Assembly (NCBI GenBank): GCA_963805975.1 | Contig: CAWDVR010000005.1 | Location: 384,001-448,000 of the forward strand | Source: an uncultured Acidobacteriota bacterium | GTDB taxonomy: Bacteria; Acidobacteriota; Thermoanaerobaculia; Multivoradales; SZUA-115 | Reading direction: 5' to 3' | Length of the DNA: 64,000 bases | In this document: piece by piece, positions 47,965-59,312 of the stretch | How positions within the stretch are numbered: the first letter of the stretch is position 1 | Layout of the letters: the number at the start of each line of letters is the position of its first letter | Notes under the pieces: generated by a model | The model's input: the letters and a program-made list of their open reading frames with translations, nothing else | The model's database searches: none | Told to the model about the DNA's origin: nothing | Translations under genes and position numbers: made by a program

Positions 47965-50247
47965 TCACCGGGTCGAGGAGTGGGTCTCCGCCAGCGCCCC
48001 GTCCTCCCGCCCCGGCGTCACCTCGCCGATGACTGCCGCTTGGCGGTAGCTGGCAGCCCGCAGGCGGGCCACGGCCCCGGCTGCGGCCTCGGCCGGCACT
48101 GCGAGCAGCAGGCCGCCCGCGGTCTGGGGGTCGAAGAGCAGCTCGAGACGCGGGTCGTCGCGGAGCGCCACCGGGATGGCCAGGGCGCGGCGCAGGCGGG
48201 CGTTGTCCTCGTGGAAGGTGCTGCGCTCGCCGCGGGCGAGGAGCTCGAGCGCACCGGGCAACGCCGGCAGAGCGCCGAGGTCGAGGCGGGCCGCGAGGCC
48301 GCTGCCGGCGAGCATGGCCGCGAGATGTCCGGCGAGGCCGAAGCCGGTGACGTCGGTCGCGGCGGCCGCGCCGACCTCGCGGGCCACCTCCGCCGCGGCA
48401 CCGTTGCCGGCGAGCATCGAGGCGAGGGCGGCCGCGAGCCAGGGGCCGCGGGCGCGTCCCGCCATGTCGGCATGGAAGAGGACGCCGGTGCCGAGAGCCC
48501 GGCTCAGGATCAGGGCCTGGCCCGCCGCGAGCCGGCCGCGCCTGCGGAGGAGATCCCGGGCGGAGGCCGCCACGCCCTGCACGCTGAACCCCACCTGCAG
48601 CTCGGTCGCGCGGCTGGTGTGGCCGCCGACCAGGCGCACGCCGAGCCGGTCGAACACGGCGCGCGCGCCGGCGAGCACCTGGTAGAGCGTTTCCTCGGCT
48701 TCGCGCTCACCGGCGGCGAGCGGCAGCGCGACCAGCGCCAGGGCCCAGCGCGGCTCGACGCCCTTGGCCTCGAGATCGGAGACGGCGTTGGCCGCCGCCA
48801 CGCGGCCCACCAGGAAGGGGTCGTCCGTGAAGGCCCGGAAGGAGTCGACGCTCGCCACCAGCAGCTCGCCGCCGGGGGTGTGGAACGCGGCCGCGTCGTC
48901 CGCCTCGGCCAGACCGAGCACCACCTCGGGTGCGGGCGGCGGCGCCGGCAGGCGGCCGAGCGCACGCTCCAGGCTGTCCTGGGAGAGCTTGGCAGCGCAA
49001 CCCCCGCACACCGGCTCCATGGCGCCGTCCATCGGCGGCAGGGTCGCGAGAGCCGGCCCCGGCGCGCCGCTCGTCTCGAGCATCTGGAAGCGGTCCATGA
49101 AGCGGCGGTCGATGCGGTCTTTCCACCGCATCACCCAGCGGCCTTCGAAGCTGAAGCCCCACTTGGCGCCGATCGCGGTGCCGTCGCCCAGGTTGAGGAG
49201 GGTGAGGAAATCGGTCTGCGGGCGGTAGGCCGCCAGGCTCTCGACGGCTCGCCTCCCCACTCCGTTCGTCACGGCCGCGCGCAGGTTCCGCACCAGGTAC
49301 GGCCCTTGCCGCACGGCATAGACCCCGGCCTTGGGAGTGGCCGGGAAGTCGGCGAGCGTGGCGCAGTCCCCGGTGGCAAAAAGGTCGTCGTGGCCGATCA
49401 CCTGCAGCGTCGGCCGGGTGAGCACGAACCCGCGCGTGTCCGTGGGCAGGCCCGAGCGCTCGAAGAGCGGCTGGGCGACGGCGCCGGTCACCCAGAGCAG
49501 TGCCTCGCAGGGCAGCCGTGAGCCGTCGTCGAGCAGGGCGGCCCCTTCCTCCGCGGCCACTACCGTGCGGCCGGTCACGAGCAGGATGCCCCGCCGTCGA
49601 AGCGCCTTCTCGACGCGGCGCGAGAGGGTCTCGGGATAGCTGGGCAGGAGCCGCGCTTCGCCGTGCACCAGGGAGATCTCCGCGCCGCCCAGGCGCCCGC
49701 GGAGAGTGGCGGCGAGCTCCACGCCGCCGGCCCCGGCGCCCACTACCACCACGCGAAACGGCGTGCCCGCCGCGGCCGCGGCACGAGCCGCCGCCTCGAC
49801 CTCGGCCACGCGGCCGACGAAGCGGCCGATCGGCCGCGTGGGCACCGCGCGCTCGGCCACGCCGGGCAGATCGAGCCCCGCGACGGTCGAGCCCACGTCC
49901 AGGGACGCGAGGTCGTAGGGAATCGAAGGCCGGTCCTCGAGGTGAACCAGCCGCGCGGTCGGATCGAGCCCCGCGCACGCCGCCAGGATCACCCGCGCCC
50001 CGGCGCGGCGGGCCAGCGGCAGGGCGTCGATCTCGAGCTCCTCGGCCCGATACTGCCCGGCGACGAAGCCGGGCACCATCCCCGAGTAGACGGCGAGCGG
50101 CGTGTCCACCACCAGGGTCACCCGTGTTCCCGGAGGCGGCTCCATGGCGAACGAGCGCAGCACCTGCACGTGCGAGTGCCCGGCGCCGACGAGCACCAGC
50201 TCGAGCGGCTCGGGACGCGGCGCGGCAGCAGCTCTGACGGCGGGCAC
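47965..50247 (-). CDS. selD: Selenide,water dikinase fused to N-terminal FAD-dependent pyridine nucleotide-disulfide oxidoreductase
   Basis: LVLVGAGHSH, YSGMVPG, VVGAGAGGVE, FATGDCA, PKAGVYAVRQG; SelD part CGGCAAKL, DDAA, SVDSFR, ANAVSDL, GGHTS, TDVTGFGLAGHL, DPQTAGGLL. TACAAT lies 8 nt upstream of the GTG. Confidence 0.9.
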   Translation of the reverse strand: MPAVRAAAAPRPEPLELVLVGAGHSHVQVLRSFAMEPPPGTRVTLVVDTPLAVYSGMVPGFVAGQYRAEELEIDALPLARRAGARVILAACAGLDPTARLVHLEDRPSIPYDLASLDVGSTVAGLDLPGVAERAVPTRPIGRFVGRVAEVEAAARAAAAAGTPFRVVVVGAGAGGVELAATLRGRLGGAEISLVHGEARLLPSYPETLSRRVEKALRRRGILLVTGRTVVAAEEGAALLDDGSRLPCEALLWVTGAVAQPLFERSGLPTDTRGFVLTRPTLQVIGHDDLFATGDCATLADFPATPKAGVYAVRQGPYLVRNLRAAVTNGVGRRAVESLAAYRPQTDFLTLLNLGDGTAIGAKWGFSFEGRWVMRWKDRIDRRFMDRFQMLETSGAPGPALATLPPMDGAMEPVCGGCAAKLSQDSLERALGRLPAPPPAPEVVLGLAEADDAAAFHTPGGELLVASVDSFRAFTDDPFLVGRVAAANAVSDLEAKGVEPRWALALVALPLAAGEREAEETLYQVLAGARAVFDRLGVRLVGGHTSRATELQVGFSVQGVAASARDLLRRRGRLAAGQALILSRALGTGVLFHADMAGRARGPWLAAALASMLAGNGAAAEVAREVGAAAATDVTGFGLAGHLAAMLAGSGLAARLDLGALPALPGALELLARGERSTFHEDNARLRRALAIPVALRDDPRLELLFDPQTAGGLLLAVPAEAAAGAVARLRAASYRQAAVIGEVTPGREDGALAETHSSTR

Positions 50248-50344
50248 CGCGGGAGATTGTAGTGCCCGTGCACGCGCTGCGGCTCCGGCAGCGGGTCCTT
50301 CCGACCCGCGTAGTATCCTTCCCGCTCGTCTCGCCGGGCCGGCC

Positions 50345-52090
50345 ATGAAGAAGCTCGCTTATCTCCTTCCCTACTTGCGTCGTTACCCCGGGGCTCTCGC
50401 CGGGGGCACGGCGGCGATCGTCGCGGCCTCGGTGGCCGGGCTCGCGTCGCCGATCCTCATCGGCCGCGCGGTGGACTCGCTCTCCGCCGACCTCTCGCAG
50501 CAGGCGCTCCTGGTCTACGCCGGCCTCCTGGTCGGGGTGGTGGCGGTGCGCGGGGTCTTCACCTACTTGCAGCGCATGATCCTGGTGACCATGAGCCGCT
50601 CGATCGAGCGCGACATGATCACCGAGTTCTTCGCCCATCTCGAGAAGCAGCCGCTCTCCTTCTTCCAGAGCCGCCAGACCGGCGACCTGATGGCGCGCGC
50701 CACCAACGACCTCTCGGCGGTGCGCATGATCTGCGGCCCGGCCATCATGTACGGTGGCAACACGGTGTTCACCGGCCTGGGGTCGCTGTTCTTCATGGTT
50801 CGGATCCACCCCCTGCTGGCGCTGGCGGCGCTCGCCACGATGCCGCTGGTGGTGGTCGCCACGCGCTGGTTCGGCACCCGCATCCACCAGCTCTTCACCG
50901 TTGTCCAGGAGCGGTTCTCGGCGCTTTCGGCCCGGGTCCAGGAGCACCTGGCCGGCGTCCGCGTGGTGCGCGCCTACGCCCGCGAGCGCTTCGAGGAGGG
51001 GAGCTTCGACCGCGCCAACCTCGCCAACGTGGAGGCCAACCGGACGCTGATCCGCTGGAACGCCGCCTTCATGCCGGCGCTCGAAGGGTTGATCGGCGTG
51101 GGCTACGTGGTGGTGCTCGCCTACGGCGGGCTGCTGGTGCGCCAGGGCGCGATCTCGGTGGGCGAGTTCGTGGCCTTCAACTTCTTTCTCGGCCGCATGA
51201 TCTGGCCGATGATCGCCATCGGCTGGGTCTCGAACCTGGTGGAGCGCGGGGCGGCCTCGCTCAGCCGCATCCGCGAGGTGATGGAGGTCCAGCCGGCGAT
51301 CGCCGACCTGCCCGGCAGCGAGGCCTTTGCCGGCCACACGATCCGCGGCGAGGTCCGGTTCCGCGGCCTCGACTTCGCGTACGGTGACGGAGCGCCGGTC
51401 CTGACCGGCATCGAGCTCGACGCCCCGGCCGGCTCCACGGTGGCGATCGTCGGTCGCACCGGCTCGGGCAAGAGCACCCTCCTGTCGCTCATCCCGCGCT
51501 TGATCGACCCGCCGCCCGCCACCCTGGCCGTGGACGGCATCGACGTCCGCCAGCTTCCGCTCGCGACCTTGCGCGGAGCGATCGGCATGGTGCCCCAGGA
51601 GACGTTCCTCTTCTCGGCCACGCTGCGCGACAACATCGCCCTGGGCGTGCCGGAAGCGGCGGCGGAGGAGGTGCTCGAAGCGGCCCGGCTGGCCGGGCTC
51701 GACGAGGATCTCTCCGGCTTCCCGCGTGGGCTCGAGACCATGGTGGGGGAGCGCGGCATCACGCTCTCGGGTGGGCAGAAGCAGCGCGTGGCCCTGGCGC
51801 GGGCACTGCTGCGCCGGCCGCGGATCCTGCTGCTCGACGACTGCCTGTCGGCGGTCGACACCCACACGGAAGAGATGATCCTCGCCAACCTGCGCCGGGT
51901 CTTCGCCGGCCGCACGGTGTTCCTGGTCTCGCACCGGGTCTCGACCGTGAAGCTGGCGGACCAGATCGTGGTGCTCGACCAGGGCCGGATCGTCGAGCGG
52001 GGCACCCACGACGAGCTGGTCGCGCGCGGTGGCTTCTACGCGGACCTGGAGCGGCGGCAGCAGCTCGAAGAAGAGCTCGCCGTGGTTTGA
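50345..52090 (+). CDS. ABC exporter, fused permease/ATPase (MdlA-like)
   Basis: Six-TM domain with TGDLMARATNDL; Walker A GRTGSGKS, signature LSGGQKQR, LLLDDCLSAVD, VSHR. Confidence 0.93.
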   Translation: MKKLAYLLPYLRRYPGALAGGTAAIVAASVAGLASPILIGRAVDSLSADLSQQALLVYAGLLVGVVAVRGVFTYLQRMILVTMSRSIERDMITEFFAHLEKQPLSFFQSRQTGDLMARATNDLSAVRMICGPAIMYGGNTVFTGLGSLFFMVRIHPLLALAALATMPLVVVATRWFGTRIHQLFTVVQERFSALSARVQEHLAGVRVVRAYARERFEEGSFDRANLANVEANRTLIRWNAAFMPALEGLIGVGYVVVLAYGGLLVRQGAISVGEFVAFNFFLGRMIWPMIAIGWVSNLVERGAASLSRIREVMEVQPAIADLPGSEAFAGHTIRGEVRFRGLDFAYGDGAPVLTGIELDAPAGSTVAIVGRTGSGKSTLLSLIPRLIDPPPATLAVDGIDVRQLPLATLRGAIGMVPQETFLFSATLRDNIALGVPEAAAEEVLEAARLAGLDEDLSGFPRGLETMVGERGITLSGGQKQRVALARALLRRPRILLLDDCLSAVDTHTEEMILANLRRVFAGRTVFLVSHRVSTVKLADQIVVLDQGRIVERGTHDELVARGGFYADLERRQQLEEELAVV

Positions 52091-52136
52091 CCGATCGTCT
52101 GACCGATCCGCCGCGTGGGCCGTCGCGACGCTCGAA

Positions 52137-55100
52137 TCAAGCCGGCGTCGGCTGCTTCTCGTCCAGGAACTTCAGGAGGGCGTGGAAGTCCACCGGCTTG
52201 ACCATGTGGAGGTCGAACCCGGCCTCTTTCGACTTCCGCCGGTCCTCCTCCTGTCCCCAGCCGGTCAGCGCGACCAGCACCATCTTCTGGCCCCACGGCT
52301 GTTCCCGGATACGACGGGCGGCATCGAAGCCGTTGAGCTTCGGCAGGCCGAGATCCAGGAGAATCGCCTGGGGACGGAAGCGCTCGGCGGCGGCCACGGC
52401 CTCCAGACCGTCGTGCGCCGTGTGGGTCTCGTTGCCGGTGATCGCCAATAGCATGGCGAGGGACGCCGCCGAGTCCTGGTTGTCGTCGACGATGAGGATC
52501 CGGCGAACGGACGTCCGCTCCTCGACCGACGGCGCGGTGGGCAGGGGAGCCTGGTCCTCCTCGCTCGAGGTCGGCAGGCGTACCACGAGCTCGCTGCCCC
52601 GGCCGGGCCCTTCGCTCTGCGCCTCCACCGTCCCGCCGTGCATCTCGACCAGCCGTTTCACCAGCGTCAGGCCGATGCCGAGCCCGCCTTGCGCCCGTTC
52701 CAACGACCGATCCACCTGCATGAACATCTCGAAGATGCTGGTGAGCTTGTCGGCCGGGATGCCGATGCCGCTGTCCTTGACCTTCACCAGCACGTCGTCG
52801 CCGTCTCGCTCGGCGGTCAGCTCGATGCGGCCACCCGGCTCGGTGTACTTGCAGGCGTTGGCGAGCAGGTTGCCGAACACCTGCGCCAGCCGTACCGGGT
52901 CCGCCTGCAGGTAGATCGGCCCCGGGGGCAGGGTCACGAGAACCTCGAGCCTGGCGCTTTCGGCCAGCGGGCGGTTGGTCTCGACCGCCTGGTGGACGAC
53001 GGTTGCCAAGGCCACCGTCTCCGTGCGCAGCTCCAGCCGGTTGTGCGTCACGCGGCTCACGTCGAGCAGGTCGTCCACGAGCCGCACCATCTGGCGCAAC
53101 TGTCGCTCCATCGTGTCTCGGGCCTGCTGGATCAGCGCCTCGTTGCCGCTCGCACGCTTCATGATCTCCACCATGTTGCGCAGGGGAGCGAGCGGTCCGC
53201 GCAGCTCGTGCGCCAGCATCGCCAGGAACTCGTCCTTGCGGCGATCCGCCTCGCGCACCGCCTCCTCGGCCCGTTTGCGGTCGGTCACGTCCATCGTCAT
53301 GCCAGCCATGCGGACGGCTCGCCGCGGCTCGCCCGTGAACTCGGTGCGCCCGAAGATGGTCAGCCACCGCTCATCCCCACCGGGGTGGACGACGCGGATC
53401 TCCTCCCGCAGCTCCCCCGTCCCGGCGGGATCGATGGCCCGCGCGACGGCCGCGCCGTAGCGCTCCCGGTCGGCGGGATGGATGAGGCGGTCGAGAGCGT
53501 CCGCCAGGGTCAGCGGGCTGCCCGCCGTCAAGCCGAAGAGGGCGAGCATCCGGGCGTCCGGCTCGCCGCGATCCTCGCCGACGTGCCAGAGGAACGTCCC
53601 CATGGACGAGGAGTCCAGCGCCATCTGCAAGCGCTCCTCGCTGGCGCGCAGCGCGGCGGCGCTCTCGCGGCGGAAGCGGGCCAGTTGCAGGTGGGTCTCG
53701 ACGCGTGCCATGAGCTCCCTGGCGCTGAACGGCTTGATCAAGTAGTCGTCGGCCCCGGCTTCCATGCCTTCGACGCGGCTCTCTTCCCCGGAGCGGGCGG
53801 AAAGCATGATGACCGGCACGAAATGCGTGCGCGGGTCGGCACGGAGCTCGCGGAGGAGCCCGAACCCGTCGAGCTGGGGCATCATCACGTCGGTGAGCAC
53901 CAGATCCGGGGGCCGTTCCCGGGCCGCGGCCAAGGCCGCGGCGCCATCCGCCGTGGCTTTCACCGCGTAGCGCTCGGCCAGCAGGCGGACCAGGTAGTGG
54001 CGCATGTCGGCGTTGTCGTCGGCCAGCAGCACATGGGGCCTGCCATCGCTGTGACCCGAAAACTCGAGGCTCGCAGGGGAAGGCGGCTCGGGAAGCCACC
54101 GCAACGCTTCCTCGACGTAGGGGGTGGCGCTCGCCACGTTGGAGGTCGTGGCGCGGGGGGCGACGATCTGGTCGGGAGGCAGGTGGGCCGGGCCGAGCGG
54201 CAGGGTGACGGCGAACGTCGTGCCTTGTCCGAGGACGCTCTCGGCGGTGATCGAGCCGCCGTGCAGCTTGACCAGCTCCTGCACCAGCGCCAGGCCGATG
54301 CCGCTGCCCTTCGTGGGTGCGGCCCCTGGCGTTCCGGACCCGGTGGAAGCGCTCGAACAGCCGGGGCATCTCCTCGGCGGGGATGCCGGTGCCGGTGTCC
54401 CGCACCCGCAGCTCGGCGTTGGGCCCGGCCTGCCGCAGTGTCACCGTGATCTCGCCCTCGAAGGTGAACTTGAAGGCGTTGGAGAGCAGGTTGAGGACGA
54501 TCTTCTCCCACATCTCCCGGTCCACGTAGGCCGGCTTCGTCGAGCGGCAGGCAATCGACGGCGAGCCTCAGCCCGGCCTGTTCGACCGCCGCGCGGAACA
54601 CGCTCGCCAGCTCGAGCGGTGAAGGTCGGCTAGATCCGTCGGCTGATAAACGGCCCGCACCCGCCCGGCCTCGATGCGAGAGAAGTCGAGGAGCGTGTTC
54701 ACCAGCCGCAGCAGCCGCAGGCCATTGCGGTTCACGATCTCCAGCTGCCCGACGGCGGCTGGAGACAGCTCGGCGCGACCCTCGGCCAGCAGGTCTTCGA
54801 CCGGGCCGAGCATCAAGGTCAAGGGTGTGCGGAACTCGTGGCTGACGTTGCTGAAGAAGGCGGTCTTGACCCGGTCGAGCTCGGCGAGCGCCTCGGCCCG
54901 CGTCCTCTCTTCCTCGTACGCACGGGCGTTCGCGACGGCAGCGGCGACGTGCCCGGCGAGCAGCTCCAGGAACCCTTTGTACTCGTCGTTGACGTCGAGG
55001 CGGGGGCTGACCCCGGCGACGACGAATCCCGCCGGTTGCGCCTGACCGGGCTTCTTCAAGGGGAGCACGATCGCTCTGGGCGGCAGCTCCGGCGACGCTC

Positions 55101-55920
55101 CGCCCGGCAACGCCCCGAGCCCCCAGGGCAGGTCGATCACCTCGACCGCGCTGCCTGTCTCCACCACCTGGCGAAACGGCCACGGGGCAGAGCTGTCCGC
55201 GAGATCGATCGCCACGGAGCTGCCCGGTGGGCTCGGAACCAGCCCGGTCGATCCGGCGAGCTTCGCCGAGCGGCCTTCGTCGTCCAGCAGGTAGAAGAGG
55301 GAGAACGGCAGATCGTCGACGTTCTCGGCCACGGTGGCGGCGGCGACCTCGCACGCCACCTCGGCCGACTTCGTCCCCGAGGCCCGCGCCGAGAGCTCCC
55401 GCAGCGTCTTCAGCCGTCGCTCCCCCAAGATGCGGCCGGTCGTCTCGTTGACGATGCAGAAGATGCCGCCCACCTGCCCGCTCTCGTCGCGCACCGGGTC
55501 GTAGGAGACGTCGAAGTAGGTCTCCTCCAGAAACCCGTGGCGCTTGAGCAGGAAGAGCCGGTTGCTCGCCCAGTACGCCTCCCCCGTGGCGAGCACACCT
55601 TCGAAGAGATCCTTCAGCCCGGCCTGCCAGATCTCGCTCCACGCCTGGTGGGCGGGCAGGCCGAGGACGTGAGGGTGCTTGGCGCCGAAGACCGGCCGGT
55701 AGGCGTCGTTGTAGAGCGTGATGAGCTGGCTGCCCCAGAAGAGGACGATCTGCGCCTTCGAGGGCAGCAGGATGCTGACCGCGCTGCGCAGGCTCTGCGG
55801 CCAGAGCTCTGCCGGGCCGAGGGGAGTGCCCGCCCAGTCGAAGGCGCGGATACGCTCGCCCATCTCGCCGCCTCCGGCGAGGAAGGTGGGTTGACTGTGG
55901 GTGGTGAGATCTTTCGCCAT
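52137..55920 (-). CDS. Multi-domain hybrid histidine kinase (PAS/GAF-HisKA-HATPase-REC-PAS-HisKA-HATPase-REC) with apparent frameshifts
   Basis: GGGEMGERIRAFDW N-domain, FFSNVSHEFRTPL, NLLSNAFKFT, DTGTGI, ADDNADMR...DVMMP, LAHELRGPL, NLLANACKYT, GGLGIGL, VDDNQDS. Extra bases at ~54615-54627, ~54536 and ~54310 split it over several ORFs. Confidence 0.85.
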
Positions 55921-56071
55921 CGCCGTTCGCCCTCGCCCGCCCTGCCGCGACCCGCTGGCGAACGATACCTCAGAGATTCTCGAGGTCGGGCCTGTGCACC
56001 GGGGTTTTCGAGCCCTCGCGTAGGCGCCCCCCGAACTGTCGTATAGGCTCCAGCGTCGGGTCGGAGATCTC

Positions 56072-56971
56072 ATGCGAGTCCTCATCACCGGTGGTACGGG
56101 CCTGATCGGCGGCCACTTGGCCCGCGACCTCGCGGCCGGGGGCTACGAGGTCGTGGTCCTCTCCCGCGACCCGTCGCCGTCTCTGCCGCCAGGGGTCCGG
56201 GCGGTGGCCTGGGACGGCAGGACGGCCGCCGGCTGGGGCCACCTGGTGGGCGGTGCGGCGATCGTGCACCTGGCCGGCGAGAACATCGGCGCCGGCCGCT
56301 GGACGGCGGCGCGCAAGCAGCGGATCTACGACAGCCGGGTGCGCTCCGGCGAAGCGGTGCTCGCCGCCGTCGAGCAGGCGGCCGAGAAGCCGCGAGTGCT
56401 CCTGCAAGCCTCGGCGGTCGGCTACTACGGCGATGCCGGCGACCGCGAGCTCACCGAGGAGTCGCCCCTGGGCACCGGCTTTCTGGCCGAGGTCTGCCGC
56501 GACTGGGAGGCGGTGACGGCGGACGTGGAGGGCCTGGGCGTGCGGCGCGCCGTGCTGCGCAGCGGCGTCGTCCTGGCACGGGAGGGTGGCGCCCTGCCCA
56601 AGATGGCGCTGCCGTTCCGCCTCTTCGCCGGCGGCCCGGTCGGCAACGGCCGGCAGTGGCTGCCCTGGATCCACATCGAGGACGAGGTGCGCGCCATCCG
56701 CTTCCTGCTCGAGCACGAGACGGCGAGCGGCCCCTTCAACCTCACGGCGCCGCAGCCGGTCACCGCACGCGACTTCGCGCGGACCCTGGGGCGCGTGCTC
56801 TCCCGGCCGGCCTTCCTGCCCGCGCCGGCCGCCGCCTTGCGGCTGGCGCTCGGCGAGATGGCGAGCGCGCTCCTCGCCAGCCAGCGGGCCTTGCCCAGGC
56901 GGCTCTCGGAGCTCGGCTTCTCCTTTCGTTTTCCGGCGGTCGAGGCGGCGCTCGGAGACCTGCTGCGATGA
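56072..56971 (+). CDS. TIGR01777-family NAD-dependent epimerase (YfcH-like)
   Basis: [51 protein letters not shown]. Confidence 0.9.
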   Translation: MRVLITGGTGLIGGHLARDLAAGGYEVVVLSRDPSPSLPPGVRAVAWDGRTAAGWGHLVGGAAIVHLAGENIGAGRWTAARKQRIYDSRVRSGEAVLAAVEQAAEKPRVLLQASAVGYYGDAGDRELTEESPLGTGFLAEVCRDWEAVTADVEGLGVRRAVLRSGVVLAREGGALPKMALPFRLFAGGPVGNGRQWLPWIHIEDEVRAIRFLLEHETASGPFNLTAPQPVTARDFARTLGRVLSRPAFLPAPAAALRLALGEMASALLASQRALPRRLSELGFSFRFPAVEAALGDLLR

Positions 56972-57834
56972 GGCGCGCCGGCCTCCTCCCGGGTTTCGTA
57001 GTGCTCGCCCTTGGCTGTGGAGCTCCGGTGGCCCCGCCGGCAGCGACCGACGGGGCCATGGTGCGGCTCGCGGGCGGTTCCTTCCGCATGGGTACGGACG
57101 ACGGTTTTCCCTACGAGGGCCCGGCCCACGAGGTGAAGCTCGCGCCGTTCGCGATCGACCGCCACGAGGTCACGGTCGCGGAGTTCGCCGGTTTCGTCGA
57201 CGCCACCCAGTACCAGACCGAGGCCGAGCGCTTCGGCTGGTCCGGGGCCTTCGACGTCGAGAGCGGCCAGTGGACGCGGATCGACGGCGCCACCTGGCGC
57301 CAGCCGGACGGGCCCGGCCACGCCGTGCGGCCGGAGGAGCCGGTGACCCAGGTGTCCTGGAACGACGCGGTGGCGTTCTGCCGCTGGCGCGGCGGTCGCC
57401 TCCCCACCGAGGCCGAGTTCGAACTCGCGGCGCGGGGCGGGCTGGTTGGCAAGCCCTACCCCTGGGGTGACGAGCTCCTGGCGGGCGGCGACCATCACAC
57501 CAACGTCTGGCAGGGCACCTTCCCGGTCGCCGACGAGGGGCGCGACGGCTTTCGCAGCCGCGCCCCGGTGGGGAGCTTCCCGCCCAACGGCTACGGGCTC
57601 CACGACATGACGGGCAACGTCTGGGAGTGGACGGCGGACTGGTACGACCCCGGCTACTACGCCGAGAGCCCGGCCGAGGACCCGCGCGGCCCGGCCGCCG
57701 GCGAGGCGCGCTCGATCCGCGGCGGCTCTTTCCTCTGCAGCGAGAACTACTGCACCGGCTACCGGGTGGCGGCGCGCAGCCAGGCGACTCCCGACAGCGG
57801 CTTGAACAACCTGGGGTTCCGCTGTGCGGGGTAG
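56968..57834 (+). CDS. Formylglycine-generating enzyme (FGE) family protein, lipoprotein-like signal
   Basis: [66 protein letters not shown] (both catalytic Cys), GFRC. Confidence 0.92.
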   Translation: MRRAGLLPGFVVLALGCGAPVAPPAATDGAMVRLAGGSFRMGTDDGFPYEGPAHEVKLAPFAIDRHEVTVAEFAGFVDATQYQTEAERFGWSGAFDVESGQWTRIDGATWRQPDGPGHAVRPEEPVTQVSWNDAVAFCRWRGGRLPTEAEFELAARGGLVGKPYPWGDELLAGGDHHTNVWQGTFPVADEGRDGFRSRAPVGSFPPNGYGLHDMTGNVWEWTADWYDPGYYAESPAEDPRGPAAGEARSIRGGSFLCSENYCTGYRVAARSQATPDSGLNNLGFRCAG

Positions 57835-59299
57835 AGCCCTCGCCCTACTGCTTGCCGCGTCGGCGCTCGCCGTGGGCTGCGCTCGGGACGAGGCGCCGCC
57901 GGCCCCCACGGGACCGCGGCCGAACGTGCTCCTGATCGTGGTCGACGACCTCAACACCGCGCTCGGCGCCTACGGCAACCGCCGCATCTCGACCCCCAAC
58001 GTCGACCGCCTGGCCGCCCGCGGCGTGACGTTCGAACGCGCCTACTGCCAGTACCCGCTCTGCAACCCTTCGCGGACCTCGCTGCTCACCGGCCGCCGGC
58101 CAGAGTCGCTGTCCGTGATCTCCAACCGCACGCCCCCGGCGAAGGCCCTGGCGCGGAACCTGGCGCTGCCCGTCTTCTTCCAGCAGCACGGTTACTGGAC
58201 CATGCGCGCCGGCAAGATCCTGCACGGCGTGGACAACGAGGGCGCCATCGAGTGGGACGTGGTCGGCAAGCTCAACCGCCCGCTCACCAAGCTCAAGCTC
58301 ACGGAAGACACGGAGAGAAAGGCGGCCAAGCCCAGGCCGCCGCGCGACGAGCCGCCTGCCGAGGAGGGCGACGCCGAGCACCGGTTGCTGTCCCCCATCG
58401 TGGTCAAGGGGGCCGAGGCGCGGCTCGACCTGCGCGACCACCACGTGGCCGAGGAAGCCGTGCGCTGGCTCAAGCGCTCCTCGCGCCGCGAGGAGCCGTT
58501 CTTCATGGCCCTGGGGTTCCATCGGCCGCACCTGCCCTTCGAGGCGCCGGAGAAGTTCTTCCTGCTCTACCCGCCGGAAACCATCGAGCTGCCCCCAGCG
58601 CCGCCGCCCGCGGCACCGCCGGTGCCGCCGCGTGCGGTTCACACCCGGGGCGCCTTCCCGGCGATGACGCCCGACGAGCAGCGCCGGGTGATCGCCTCGT
58701 ACTACGCCTCGGTCTCCTACGTCGACTCGCAGGTCGGCCTGGTGCTCGATCAGCTCGACAAGCTCGGCCTCACCGGCAGCACGGTGGTGGTCCTCACCTC
58801 GGACCACGGCTTCCTCCTCGGCGAGCACGGCGGCCTGTGGGGCAAGGGCGCGCTCTACGAGGAAGCGGTGCGGGTACCGCTCCTGGTGGCCGGGCCGGGC
58901 GTCCGCGCCGGCGAGCGTTCGCCGCGGCCGGTCGAGCTGCTCGATCTCTTCCCGACGCTTTCCGAGCTGGCCGGTCTGCCGCTGCCCGAGAAGCTCGAAG
59001 GCAAGAGCTTCGCGCCGTTGCTGCGCGACCCCAGTGCCGCGTGGGAGCGGCCAGCCTCGACCGTGCTCTCGATCGGCGACGGCGAGAAGGACCTGGCGAG
59101 GACCGTGCGCAGCGAGCGCTTCCGCTACACCGAGTGGGGGAGCCCCGAGCGCGCCGAGCTCTACGATCACGCGGCCGACCCGAACGAGCTCCGCAACCTG
59201 GCGTCCGACCCGGCTTTCGCCCGCGAGAAGCAGGAGATGGCGAAGCTCCTGGCGGGCTCAGAGGTGAGCTGGTGGCGGAAGTGGTGGCCCTGGGGCTAG
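57824..59299 (+). CDS. Cys-type sulfatase (iduronate/choline sulfatase-like), lipoprotein
   Basis: Lipobox AVGC; PNVLLIVVDDL, CNPSRTSLLTG (CxPxR), GKILH, RPHLP, SDHG, ELYD...DPNELRNL. Confidence 0.92.
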   Translation: MRGRALALLLAASALAVGCARDEAPPAPTGPRPNVLLIVVDDLNTALGAYGNRRISTPNVDRLAARGVTFERAYCQYPLCNPSRTSLLTGRRPESLSVISNRTPPAKALARNLALPVFFQQHGYWTMRAGKILHGVDNEGAIEWDVVGKLNRPLTKLKLTEDTERKAAKPRPPRDEPPAEEGDAEHRLLSPIVVKGAEARLDLRDHHVAEEAVRWLKRSSRREEPFFMALGFHRPHLPFEAPEKFFLLYPPETIELPPAPPPAAPPVPPRAVHTRGAFPAMTPDEQRRVIASYYASVSYVDSQVGLVLDQLDKLGLTGSTVVVLTSDHGFLLGEHGGLWGKGALYEEAVRVPLLVAGPGVRAGERSPRPVELLDLFPTLSELAGLPLPEKLEGKSFAPLLRDPSAAWERPASTVLSIGDGEKDLARTVRSERFRYTEWGSPERAELYDHAADPNELRNLASDPAFAREKQEMAKLLAGSEVSWWRKWWPWG

Positions 59300-59312
59300 G
59301 GTGAGGGGTTCT

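Noticed and set aside
49000-49015. Selenocysteine (UGA) in the SelD active site
   Set aside because: The motif is encoded as Cys-Gly-Gly-Cys with no in-frame TGA.
54290-54640. Hybrid kinase split into separate genes or phase-variable
   Set aside because: Removing single extra bases restores canonical motifs (EPAYVDREMWEK, HEGSGIGL). There are no repeat tracts, so this is likely sequencing error.
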